Shown here: piece after piece, positions 18,260 through 26,016 of the stretch
How positions within the stretch are numbered: the stretch's first letter is position 1
How the letters are laid out: every line of letters begins with the position of its first letter
NCBI GenBank assembly: GCA_001819495.1
Contig: MHMW01000021.1
Span: 10,706 to 74,705 of the forward strand
Direction of reading: 5' to 3'
DNA length: 64,000 nucleotides
Source: Candidatus Portnoybacteria bacterium RBG_19FT_COMBO_36_7
Lineage (GTDB): Bacteria > Patescibacteriota > Minisyncoccia > Portnoybacterales > GWB1-42-6
Position numbers and translations under genes: made by a program
The notes under the pieces: model-generated
Databases searched by the model: none
Seen by the model: the letters and a program-made list of their open reading frames with translations, nothing else
Told to the model about the DNA's origin: nothing

Positions 18260-19034
18260 ATAAGGAATCTAAACTATTTTTTGTGTACTTATACAGATTC
18301 GTGATGTTCTCTTCGTTTAAAATCTGAATGGCATAATTCCAATGAAACGAAATCCAATCCCCCACTTCAACATTTGGCAACATTGTTTTATCCCAATTAA
18401 TTTCTTTTTCTTTCATGCTTCCAAACTTTATTTTCTTTCTCCCGATTAATGGGTTATATTCAACAATAATTTTTAACTTTTCATTTTTAAATTTTAACTT
18501 TTTAACCCTCCCCCAGCCAACCCGGCAGATATCTTTTAGATCCGTCCTGCCTGCAAAATCAATGCTGCCGGTTACCGCCCCCAGAACCAGAACATGAAAA
18601 CTGTGGTGCGGTTTGGAAGAAACTGGAATTGCATCAGATTTTTCTTTCGCGGCTTTTCTTGATAATAAACCGGGGCCAGAAAATCTTTTAACAATCAATT
18701 CGCGCAAATCATTAAAAGTTACCTTTTCCAATAACTCATTGCCGAGCCAATAAGCTTCAATTACTTTTTTGTTCAAAGACCCTGTTTTAATTCTGTTTTT
18801 CTTGGCAATCAATTCGTAATAAGGATAGGCTGCCTGAAATCTTTTTAGGGCCGGGATTATATCGGGTATGCCCAATTTCCCCCTGATAAATTCTCTTAAG
18901 TTTTTCTGGTCTTCCGACAGCCCGCAAAGACCCATCTCATTTGGAATCAAGCCATATAGCGCCGCGATTTTAGGCCCTGACATTGATTTTTTCTCCCAGC
19001 AGTTTAATTTTTTCCAATATAAAACGGTACCCAA
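18252..19034 (-). CDS. Hypothetical protein with a C-terminal HypC/HupF-like domain. The alternative start MSGPKIAALYG at 18983 gives a shorter overlap with the upstream gene
   Basis: C-terminal DICRVGWGRV...VGDWISFHWNYAIQIL resembles HypC MC(L/I)(A/G)(I/V)PG...VGDWVLVHVGFAI. The N-terminal ~185 aa have no recognisable family. An in-frame AT-rich repeat insertion (KKLKFKNEKLK) is at 18440-18500. Confidence 0.4.
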   Translation of the reverse strand: MGTVLYWKKLNCWEKKSMSGPKIAALYGLIPNEMGLCGLSEDQKNLREFIRGKLGIPDIIPALKRFQAAYPYYELIAKKNRIKTGSLNKKVIEAYWLGNELLEKVTFNDLRELIVKRFSGPGLLSRKAAKEKSDAIPVSSKPHHSFHVLVLGAVTGSIDFAGRTDLKDICRVGWGRVKKLKFKNEKLKIIVEYNPLIGRKKIKFGSMKEKEINWDKTMLPNVEVGDWISFHWNYAIQILNEENITNLYKYTKNSLDSLYV

Positions 19035-19881
19035 GAATCATTATCAGACCTCCGGTTATCAGGCCGCTTGAAACAATCTCGCCAAAATTTATTTTTCCCG
19101 TTGAAGCGAATGCCAGCAAAGTGGTAATGGGAGATCCTAAAAGCAGAATTGCGGCTGCTGTAGAAACAGGAATATGCCTCAAACCGCTGTACCATGTTAT
19201 GACATAACCGAACAAGATAAAAGAAGCAATCTGGATCCAGAAAACCTGTTCAAAGTTAAGCTGGCTGATTATCGTCAATTGTCCGCTACCGGCCAGAAAA
19301 ATCAAAATCAGAATGGCGCCAAAAAACATTCTGCCCCAGGCAACGATCTTGGGTGACAGGCCTGCCAGCGCGTATTTTGATATAACGCTTTCAACCGCCC
19401 AAAGCAATGTGGCCAAAAATACATAAAAATCGCCGCGGTTAAAAGACAAATGAAGCGCTTTTAGGGCAATCAGATTTCCTGCCAATATCATCAGAGCTCC
19501 AATCAGCATTTCTTTTCTTATTTTTTCGCGCAAAAATATCGAGGCCAAAATCATAGTGTATATAAACATCGTTTTGTGGATAAAAGAACCTTGAGCGGCT
19601 GAGGTAATGGATAAACCTTTGAAAAATAACAAGAATGCGGCGCCGCCGCCCACAAATCCGATTACCAAAAGCATCAGCCACTGCTTTTTTGTCAGCTTGG
19701 CCAGCTGGCGCCATTCTTTGGCCAGCAGCACAAATCCGCTAAAAGCCAAAGCGACCATCACATTTTTTAAAAAAGCAAATAAGTACGGATTGACTCCGCC
19801 AACACCGTATTTGTTGATAAAAATCGAAAATCCCGAAATAATGGCGGTGATAAAAACTAATAATAATCCTTTTTTATTCAT
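18970..19881 (-). CDS. EamA/DMT-family 10-TM transporter
   Basis: Two duplicated 5-TM EamA-like halves. Confidence 0.7.
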   Translation of the reverse strand: MNKKGLLLVFITAIISGFSIFINKYGVGGVNPYLFAFLKNVMVALAFSGFVLLAKEWRQLAKLTKKQWLMLLVIGFVGGGAAFLLFFKGLSITSAAQGSFIHKTMFIYTMILASIFLREKIRKEMLIGALMILAGNLIALKALHLSFNRGDFYVFLATLLWAVESVISKYALAGLSPKIVAWGRMFFGAILILIFLAGSGQLTIISQLNFEQVFWIQIASFILFGYVITWYSGLRHIPVSTAAAILLLGSPITTLLAFASTGKINFGEIVSSGLITGGLIMILGYRFILEKIKLLGEKINVRA

Positions 19882-19990
19882 ACCAGGTAGTGAAAATTCG
19901 ACTTGTTATTGATAGATTATCAATAGCTTAGTCTTTTAATAAAATTACAGATGCCATATAGTAAAATCCGCATTATTTTTTATCCTGCTT
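19873..19990. repeat. Miniature inverted-repeat element, family B. The 21-bp terminal inverted repeats GCCAGGTAGTGAAAATTCGAC / GTCGAATTTCTACTACCTGGC enclose a core with the palindrome ttgatagattatcaa
   Basis: accaggtagtgaaaattcgac ... ggtcgaatttctactacctggc. Other copies are at 32903-32992, 47968-48045 and 48128-48192. Confidence 0.55.
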
Positions 19991-20231
19991 CGCGGGACGG
20001 TCGAATTTCTACTACCTGGCATGTTTTTTTCTTCGCACTTTTAAATAATTTATTAATTTCTTGCGCCTGTTTTTTGCTGATCTTCTGCACTATCACATTA
20101 TTTTGGGTCAGAACCCAGTCGCCTTTTTTGACAGAAATTATGGCGCCGACCTCCTGCGGCCCTTTTTGCGATTTCACCGTCGCAACGCCTTTTTTTAATC
20201 CGATAACTTGTTTTGGAATTGTCAGACACAT
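19980..20231 (-). CDS. hypC: Hydrogenase assembly chaperone HypC/HupF
   Basis: MCLTIPKQVIGL ... GDWVLTQNNVIVQKI; about 83 aa. Confidence 0.7.
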   Translation of the reverse strand: MCLTIPKQVIGLKKGVATVKSQKGPQEVGAIISVKKGDWVLTQNNVIVQKISKKQAQEINKLFKSAKKKTCQVVEIRPSREAG

Positions 20232-20249
20232 ATTCACTGTCGTTCAATT

Positions 20250-20320
20250 TAAAAAATGAAAATGAAAATGAAAATGTAAAAAAGTCATCCAGTTTTTAGT
20301 TTTTAAATTTTAATTTTTAA
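20250..20320. repeat. AT-rich short-period repeat block (aaaatg x4, then ttttaaatttt units)
   Basis: aaaatgaaaatgaaaatgaaaatgtaaaaaagtcatccagtttttagtttttaaattttaatttttaaatt. Confidence 0.4.
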
Positions 20321-20321
20321 A

Positions 20322-21185
20322 TTAAATTGCTCCCTGCACATTTTTTATCTGGTCATATCTGAACACCGGGCCCTGCTTGCAAACATAATGGCTTCCTATC
20401 CCGCAATGCTGGCAGACTCCGACTCCGCAGTGCATCCGCCGTTCAAACGAAAGATAAATATCTTCGTCAGCAAATCCGTATTTTTTCAATTTCTCCAAAA
20501 CGGCTTTATACATCACCGGCGGCCCACAGACAAATGCTCTGGCATCGGCAACAACAGAAACAACCTCAAATAACTTTGTAACCAAGCCAACGCACCCCTT
20601 CCAGTCTTCACAAACTTTATCTATGCTTAATTGAAGATTGACGCCGTCTTTCTGCCAAGATTCGTATTCATTGCGAAATAACATTTCCGAAGGATGCTTG
20701 GCGCCGTAAAATATCTGAATCTTGGCGTCTTTACCTAAAAATTCATTCTTGCCCAAAATCAAAGTCCTTAAAGGTATTAAGCCCAGTCCCCCGACAACTA
20801 TTAATAAATTCTTTTTTTCTTCATTTTTAACTTTAAACTTTGAACTTTGAACTTGAGCGCCAGCAATGGGCCAGCCGATGCCAAAAGGTCCTCTGATGCC
20901 GATTTTATCCCCCACTTTCAAAATATGCATTCTATTGGTCAGTTTCCCTATCGCTCTTATGCAAAGTTCTAAATTTTTTCCTGGCTTGTTGCAGGGCGCA
21001 AAGGGCGCTTCGCCAAACCCAGGCAAAGACAGCATAATGAATTGGCCTGGATAAATTCTGGCATCTTCATCAAATCTTAATTGAAAATGCATCTTGTCAA
21101 AGCCCAATTCAAACAGTTTGATGCCCGGCACATGGTCGGAAATCTTCAGAATTTTTGCCGTTTTGGTCTCGTAAAGATTAAACAT
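20322..21185 (-). CDS. Hydrogenase gamma subunit / AsrB-like FAD-NAD(P)-binding oxidoreductase with a C-terminal [2Fe-2S] cluster
   Basis: FNR-like fold motifs (GPFG, LLIVVGGLGLIPL) and C-terminal RRMHCGVGVCQHCGIG. It carries an in-frame repeat insertion QVQSSKFKVKNEEKK at 20815-20850. Confidence 0.75.
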   Translation of the reverse strand: MFNLYETKTAKILKISDHVPGIKLFELGFDKMHFQLRFDEDARIYPGQFIMLSLPGFGEAPFAPCNKPGKNLELCIRAIGKLTNRMHILKVGDKIGIRGPFGIGWPIAGAQVQSSKFKVKNEEKKNLLIVVGGLGLIPLRTLILGKNEFLGKDAKIQIFYGAKHPSEMLFRNEYESWQKDGVNLQLSIDKVCEDWKGCVGLVTKLFEVVSVVADARAFVCGPPVMYKAVLEKLKKYGFADEDIYLSFERRMHCGVGVCQHCGIGSHYVCKQGPVFRYDQIKNVQGAI

Positions 21186-21195
21186 ATATCCTCCA

Positions 21196-21224
21196 TTGAC
21201 AAATTAAAATAATAGTTTTAATAT
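21196..21224 (+). promoter_or_regulatory. Sigma-70-like promoter for the plus-strand zinc-ribbon gene
   Basis: ttgaca - 17 nt - taatat/tataat, followed by the RBS aaaaggagggtaag. Confidence 0.4.
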
Positions 21225-21251
21225 AATAAAAACGAATAAAAGGAGGGTAAG

Positions 21252-21386
21252 ATGGAAAAGGAGTACTGTGTGAAATGCGGAAAAGAAACACCATACACAA
21301 AGGACGTTCCTATCGACCAAAGAGATTGCTATATTGAAGGAGCTGGTCAGCTCTGTGACGACTGTTTTATCGAGATTTACGGCTAA
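21252..21386 (+). CDS. 44-aa zinc-ribbon protein (CxxC...C..CxxC) on the strand opposite to the hydrogenase operon. It is absent from the supplied ORF track (<60 aa)
   Basis: MEKEYCVKCGKETPYTKDVPIDQRDCYIEGAGQLCDDCFIEIYG*. Strong RBS 8 nt upstream, own promoter and a downstream hairpin terminator. Confidence 0.45.
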   Translation: MEKEYCVKCGKETPYTKDVPIDQRDCYIEGAGQLCDDCFIEIYG

Positions 21387-21389
21387 TAC

Positions 21390-21425
21390 CATCAGCGTTA
21401 TGCGCTATTTTAAAATAAAATAGCG
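21390..21425. terminator. Hairpin terminator (bidirectional) between the hydB 3' end and the zinc-ribbon gene
   Basis: ttatgcgctattttaaaataaaatagcgcattttatttt. Confidence 0.5.
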
Positions 21426-21447
21426 CATTTTATTTTAACAAATGATC

Positions 21448-22485
21448 TTAAGAATTTTCTATGTTTTTTAAAACTTCCGCAATATCAATACCCACAGGGC
21501 AAACGGCCGCACAGCGGCCGCATCCCACGCATCCCATAAAATTGAATTCTTCCGGAATCCTGGCGAATTTATGATAATACCAGAAATGAATCCGCTTGGC
21601 GGTGTCGTTCAGAAACTTATGCCCCAAGGCCACTTCGGAAAATTCCTGATAAAAGCAGGAGTCCCAGCAGCGCTGGCGCTCGCCCTCGCTATTTTCCAGT
21701 CCGGCTTTATCGTCAATCCGAAAACAAAAACAGGTCGGGCAGACTATTGTGCATTTGCCGCATTCAATGCATCGAGCCCCCAGCTCGTCCCAGATTTTTT
21801 GATTGTGCTTATTTTTCAGCTTATCCTGAATCTTTATCATCCGTTCGTCCAGTTTGCCTTCCTTGACCGGCCCGCTGAATTGAATATTAATATAGTCTTT
21901 ATAGCCAAAGTCATTTAAGATTTTTTGCCCAAGCAGGGAGCCGGTAAAAACTGCGTATTCGCCGTTATCCTTTTCTTCATTTATCAGTTTTGCTTTTTTT
22001 GTTCTTATGGCCGGCACCTTGGCAAAACTCATCTCGGCCAAAAAAATATCAAAGCTTAAATGCTCCAAAATATCCTCTTCCAGCGTCATCTCAAAGATAT
22101 TCTGGGACATGTCGGGGATGAGGCTATGGCCGACAATGAGCAGATTGCGTCTCCGCGCCTGATAATAGGGGTCTTTTTCAAAAACCTGGTCATAAAGCAA
22201 AACAGATTTCAAATCCAATAAATTCATGCCTAAAATCGCCGTTTTTTTTGGAGCCAATTCTTCAGCTTTTAAGATATGCCCTTTATATTCAAAAAGTTTT
22301 TCTTTTTCCGGGATAAAAAAGCGCTTAAAGGAATAAAAAGGCACGCCTTTCTCCAGCTTCAAATCTGCGGGGTATTTCAAGTGGTCAACTTCCAGCAGAT
22401 TTTCGCGCTTTTGTGTGCCAAAAACATCCCATCCGTTTTTTTGAAGGAATAAAATAAAATCTTCCAACTTATGTCTGGTTAGCAT
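21448..22485 (-). CDS. Hydrogenase beta subunit / AsrA-like iron-sulfur protein
   Basis: C-terminal CIECGKCTIVCPTCFC and CVGCGRCAAVCPVGID (2x 4Fe-4S ferredoxin motifs). About 345 aa, like sulfhydrogenase HydB. Confidence 0.75.
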   Translation of the reverse strand: MLTRHKLEDFILFLQKNGWDVFGTQKRENLLEVDHLKYPADLKLEKGVPFYSFKRFFIPEKEKLFEYKGHILKAEELAPKKTAILGMNLLDLKSVLLYDQVFEKDPYYQARRRNLLIVGHSLIPDMSQNIFEMTLEEDILEHLSFDIFLAEMSFAKVPAIRTKKAKLINEEKDNGEYAVFTGSLLGQKILNDFGYKDYINIQFSGPVKEGKLDERMIKIQDKLKNKHNQKIWDELGARCIECGKCTIVCPTCFCFRIDDKAGLENSEGERQRCWDSCFYQEFSEVALGHKFLNDTAKRIHFWYYHKFARIPEEFNFMGCVGCGRCAAVCPVGIDIAEVLKNIENS

Positions 22486-22685
22486 TATCCAAATTTTAAC
22501 ATAAAATCACAGCCGAACAAATAGTCAAAACTGTGAATAACTAAAAAGTCCCAAGCAATAAATCTTAGGGCTTTTTTACAGGAACCTTTTAATTTCCTGC
22601 TGTCTATTTCATTATCCTGAATACAAGCTTTTTCTTATGTTCAAAAGAATGAAGGAGAGAGTGATTTTTCACTCTCTCCTGATTT

Positions 22686-23582
22686 TTAACGAGGGACTGA
22701 CCACCTATAATTTGGCCTCTTGGTCGGATAAGACTTTGAAGGATACCGAGAAGTCTTATGCCTGTACTGAGACCGAGGTTGGCTATGATTATAGCTATAA
22801 CTTCTACTATAACCGTAGTTTCTATACTTAGAATAACTTCTGTACTCGTAATATCCGCCGTTGATAATTATCGGCGGAGGCAAGGGTATGGAACCCCACC
22901 AAGAACGTTGCCCTGGTGGAACTTGTACCGTGACTTCAACGGGCACTTCCACCGGGACCTCCACCAGAACCTCTTTTTCTACAATTTGAGTCTGTGGAGG
23001 CGGAGCCGGCCTAACAGCTGGCGGCTGAAAAGCTTGTGGCTGAAGGGGTTGTGTCTCAGAAACAACTTCATTTTTCCGAGGAATCCCGTTACCGCACTTC
23101 TTTATAATGGTAATCCAGAATTCCTCTTCATTATAAGGAAACTTGACCTCTAACGCTTCTAAGGTCTGTTTCCCTAACCACTCAACCGGCCTGCTGTCAT
23201 AAAACACTCCCTTTCTGGGTTTGAAAAACATCCCATCAGGGAATATTGCCCCCGGTTGATAAGATGACTGCGTTACATCGGAACATTCCACAGCCATTTG
23301 GAAGACAACAAATAATTCTTCCGCATCGTACTCCGGGTAGGCTTGCTCGAGTGCCCTTACGAAATCCTCCTGAATTCCAGGATCACCCAATTTATTTATT
23401 AGGTCATCCTGATTCCTGACTCCCCCTTTAATCATGGGTGCACCGCCTAACTTCGTCCATTTAAATGTCGGAGTACCGGCGTAAGCGTGAGACAGAAAGG
23501 GAGTCACTGCCAACAAAAACAAAATAAAGAATAAAACCAACACAATTAATCCCCAGATAAACATTTTCTTGTTCTTTTCCAT
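22686..23582 (-). CDS. N-terminally anchored extracytoplasmic protein with a Pro-rich linker and a Tyr/Ser/Arg-rich low-complexity C-terminal tail
   Basis: TM helix IWGLIVLVLFFILFLLAV, globular domain, PQAFQPPAVRPAPPPQTQ, (EVPV)3, then YYEYRSYSKYRNYGYSRSYSYNHSQPRSQYRHKTSRYPSKSYP. Confidence 0.5.
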   Translation of the reverse strand: MEKNKKMFIWGLIVLVLFFILFLLAVTPFLSHAYAGTPTFKWTKLGGAPMIKGGVRNQDDLINKLGDPGIQEDFVRALEQAYPEYDAEELFVVFQMAVECSDVTQSSYQPGAIFPDGMFFKPRKGVFYDSRPVEWLGKQTLEALEVKFPYNEEEFWITIIKKCGNGIPRKNEVVSETQPLQPQAFQPPAVRPAPPPQTQIVEKEVLVEVPVEVPVEVTVQVPPGQRSWWGSIPLPPPIIINGGYYEYRSYSKYRNYGYSRSYSYNHSQPRSQYRHKTSRYPSKSYPTKRPNYRWSVPR

Positions 23583-23774
23583 ATTTCCCTCCTTTGATAG
23601 TTTTTTGTTTTTTTTAAAAGAACCTTTTTTCTCGTAAATCTGCCGATTTCAGAATTTAGCATTATATATTAATTCTATAATTTTGTCAAGTGATTATGCT
23701 AGTCGGCGCGCAAATCAAAAAAGAGCCCATTTGGGACTCTTTTTTAAAATTTACGGAAGCGATTAAAATACAGC

Positions 23775-23924
23775 CTATTGCTGAATATTTGCCGCGACAT
23801 TACCGATGTCCAGACCGCTGGGCTGGTTAATGGAGCTCCAGATTAATAAAGTGAAGACCAGTCCGGTCAGAAAAATTAGCGCTATCGCCAGATACGGATT
23901 GATTTTTTGTTTTGGGTCTAGCAT
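23775..23924 (-). CDS. Possible 49-aa single-TM small protein immediately downstream of dsbA (not in ORF track)
   Basis: MLDPKQKINPYLAIALIFLTGLVFTLLIWSSINQPSGLDIGNVAANIQQ*. Its start is 5 nt after the dsbA stop. Confidence 0.25.
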   Translation of the reverse strand: MLDPKQKINPYLAIALIFLTGLVFTLLIWSSINQPSGLDIGNVAANIQQ

Positions 23925-23928
23925 TTTT

Positions 23929-24552
23929 TTATTGAAGCTTGCTGTCTATTGCCTTTTGAAAATCCTCATAGGGCACGGCGCCGACGACTTCCTCGCCGTT
24001 GATGAAAAATGTTGGCGTTCCTTCAACTCCCTTTTCACCCGCCTTATTATACCAATCCTGACCTGCTGTTTTAGCCGCATCCGAATTATAGCATTGTTCA
24101 AAATTATCGCCCAGCTCTAATGTTTTTGCCGCGTCAAGCACGTCCTGCTCTCCCTTTATGTCGGCCTGGTGATTGAACATATAGTCCTGGAATTGATTGA
24201 ATTTTCCTGCCTGATTGGCGCAATAGCTGGCTCTGGCCAGCTCGTAAGGTGGCAAAATATAAATAATCATTTTAACCTTGCCTTTTGCAATATAATCCTG
24301 CTCTATCTTGGGCAGGGTCTGCAGGGCAAAATTTGCGCAATGAGAGCATAAAAAATTGGTGTATTCTTCTATGACCACGGATGCGTCATCAATTCCCAAA
24401 ACTATTCCCGGCGTCCCCTGGCTAGAAGTGGTTGCCGAATTTGAAATTGAGGCCGGGTTTTCATTTGGTTTTTTTTCGCTGAAATACCAACCCGCGCCTA
24501 TCAAAATCAACGCCAAGATTACCGCGATTATAATAATTCTTTTGTCTGACAT
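23929..24552 (-). CDS. DsbA-family thiol:disulfide oxidoreductase, membrane anchored
   Basis: N-terminal TM helix; FLCSHCANF (CxxC) in a thioredoxin fold. Confidence 0.7.
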   Translation of the reverse strand: MSDKRIIIIAVILALILIGAGWYFSEKKPNENPASISNSATTSSQGTPGIVLGIDDASVVIEEYTNFLCSHCANFALQTLPKIEQDYIAKGKVKMIIYILPPYELARASYCANQAGKFNQFQDYMFNHQADIKGEQDVLDAAKTLELGDNFEQCYNSDAAKTAGQDWYNKAGEKGVEGTPTFFINGEEVVGAVPYEDFQKAIDSKLQ

Positions 24553-24639
24553 ATCATTGATTTAATGGTTAAAACTGACTTTACTTTAACAAGATATCAA
24601 ATAATTTAAAAACAGTCAAATAGCTACGCTAACCTTTGC

Positions 24640-24834
24640 CTATAGTTCGCGTACTTTTTTAAAAGCTTCCTTAGCCGCTTTATCCTTTTTTTCTTTTGAA
24701 ATCGGTACGCCTCCCTCTAGCCCTGTCAATTCTTCATCCTCTTCCGGCGTCGGCAATCTTCCTTTAAATGTTTTGCCGATCATTTTTTTCTCATCTTCTT
24801 CTTTTTTAAACGGAAATTTATATTGCTCGTTCAT
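24640..24834 (-). CDS. Small acidic/basic hypothetical protein (64 aa) with an LTGLEGG motif
   Basis: MNEQYKFPFKKEEDEKKMIGKTFKGRLPTPEEDEELTGLEGGVPISKEKKDKAAKEAFKKVREL. Confidence 0.3.
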   Translation of the reverse strand: MNEQYKFPFKKEEDEKKMIGKTFKGRLPTPEEDEELTGLEGGVPISKEKKDKAAKEAFKKVREL

Positions 24835-25080
24835 ATATTGTTATGAAAATATAATTTATTTTTTATCCAATAAATTTTTTAACAGTGATAAAACATCAAT
24901 AATTTTATAAATCCAGGTCAATTCCCCTGTCTTTTGCCTGCCTGTTTATGACGGCTGTGGAAGTATAGTTCTTGGGATCGGAAACAAACTTATCATAGAT
25001 ATGAAGCAAATAAAAAAGGCTGATAATCTCGAGCACGATGACTGCCAGCAACGTCGGTTTAATAATGGTTAGCATGTTTT

Positions 25081-25746
25081 TTATGGGGCGACGTATTCTA
25101 TCCAGAGTCCGTAAAGCTCGGCTGTGGCGCGCGTGTCTGCCAGACAATAACGGGCAATTTCCAGATATTTTCCTTCTTTGAAATATTGGGCCACTTTTTC
25201 CCCGCTGATTCCACTGATTTTTGGGCTTTCTATGCCCAGCGACCGGCAATAAAAATCCAAGCTGAATTTTCTGAACGCGCCGTAAAAAGTCAACTGGTCT
25301 AAGAGATCAATATGAAAATCGGCTGAATATCGTGGTGGCATAAGATTCCTTGTCGGCCTTACCTTTAGCGCCGCGCTTCGCAGCATAAGATATGGGCAGT
25401 CAAAACCACGGCCGTTAAATGTGATAAACTGATGATAATTTTTTATATTCTGCCAAAATTTTTCCAGAATTTTCTTTTCGGTGCTTATTTCAAAATCTAT
25501 TCCGTCTTCGGAAAAATTTTCTATTTTTCCGTCCGGGCCCTGAAAAAAAACTTTTCCCTTGCCAGATTCGGGATTCAAAAGACTGATGGCGACGATTTCG
25601 CCGCTAAACGGCCAAAAATTGACATTCTTTTTTATTTCTTCAATATCTCTTTCGTCTTTGGCGTTTTTTAAAAAATAATCCTGGGATTCCTTATCCAAGC
25701 TATCAAAATCGCCCGCTGTCTCTATGTCAAAAACAATCCTGCTCAT
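25081..25746 (-). CDS. PolB-type 3'-5' exonuclease domain protein (RNase H-like, COG3298-like)
   Basis: IVFDIETAG (Exo I, DxE), FITFNGRGFDCPYL (Exo II), YCLADTRATAELY (Exo III, YxxxD). Confidence 0.6.
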   Translation of the reverse strand: MSRIVFDIETAGDFDSLDKESQDYFLKNAKDERDIEEIKKNVNFWPFSGEIVAISLLNPESGKGKVFFQGPDGKIENFSEDGIDFEISTEKKILEKFWQNIKNYHQFITFNGRGFDCPYLMLRSAALKVRPTRNLMPPRYSADFHIDLLDQLTFYGAFRKFSLDFYCRSLGIESPKISGISGEKVAQYFKEGKYLEIARYCLADTRATAELYGLWIEYVAP

Positions 25747-25776
25747 AATTAGTGAGTTATTTGTTCTGAGGATTTT

Positions 25777-26016
25777 TTATTTCCCCTTTACGCCTTTAAA
25801 TCTGCTCATCTTTCCCATGCTGGTTTTGTTATCCATAAAACGGCCGCTTTCGGTGGTGGCTTTTATGAAAAGCTTTGTGCGGGGGTTTTTGTATTGGACA
25901 CGGCGGCGAACCATGCCTTTTCTCCCCGTTCCTTTTGGAGGATTAGTAGCCATATTAAATAAATTAACATTTTTGCCCTCTGGATACATTTTAATCTTTT
26001 TTTCTTTTTTTGACAA
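25777..26016 (-). CDS. Small basic protein, possibly ribosomal protein bL32-like. The likely start is MATNPPKGTGRKGMVRRR at 25953
   Basis: MATNPPKGTGRKGMVRRRVQYK resembles the bL32 N-terminus (MAVQQNKPTRSKRGMRRSH). 58 aa from the internal start. Confidence 0.3.
   Translation of the reverse strand: MSKKEKKIKMYPEGKNVNLFNMATNPPKGTGRKGMVRRRVQYKNPRTKLFIKATTESGRFMDNKTSMGKMSRFKGVKGK

Noticed and set aside
19966-19990. The right terminus of the family-B element (GTCGAATTTCTACTACCTGGC) shares AATTTCTACT with Cas12a direct repeats
   Set aside because: There is no regularly spaced array of direct repeats and no GTAGA partner for the Cas12a pseudoknot. The match is a terminal inverted repeat of a longer hairpin element. 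No cas genes are present in the window.
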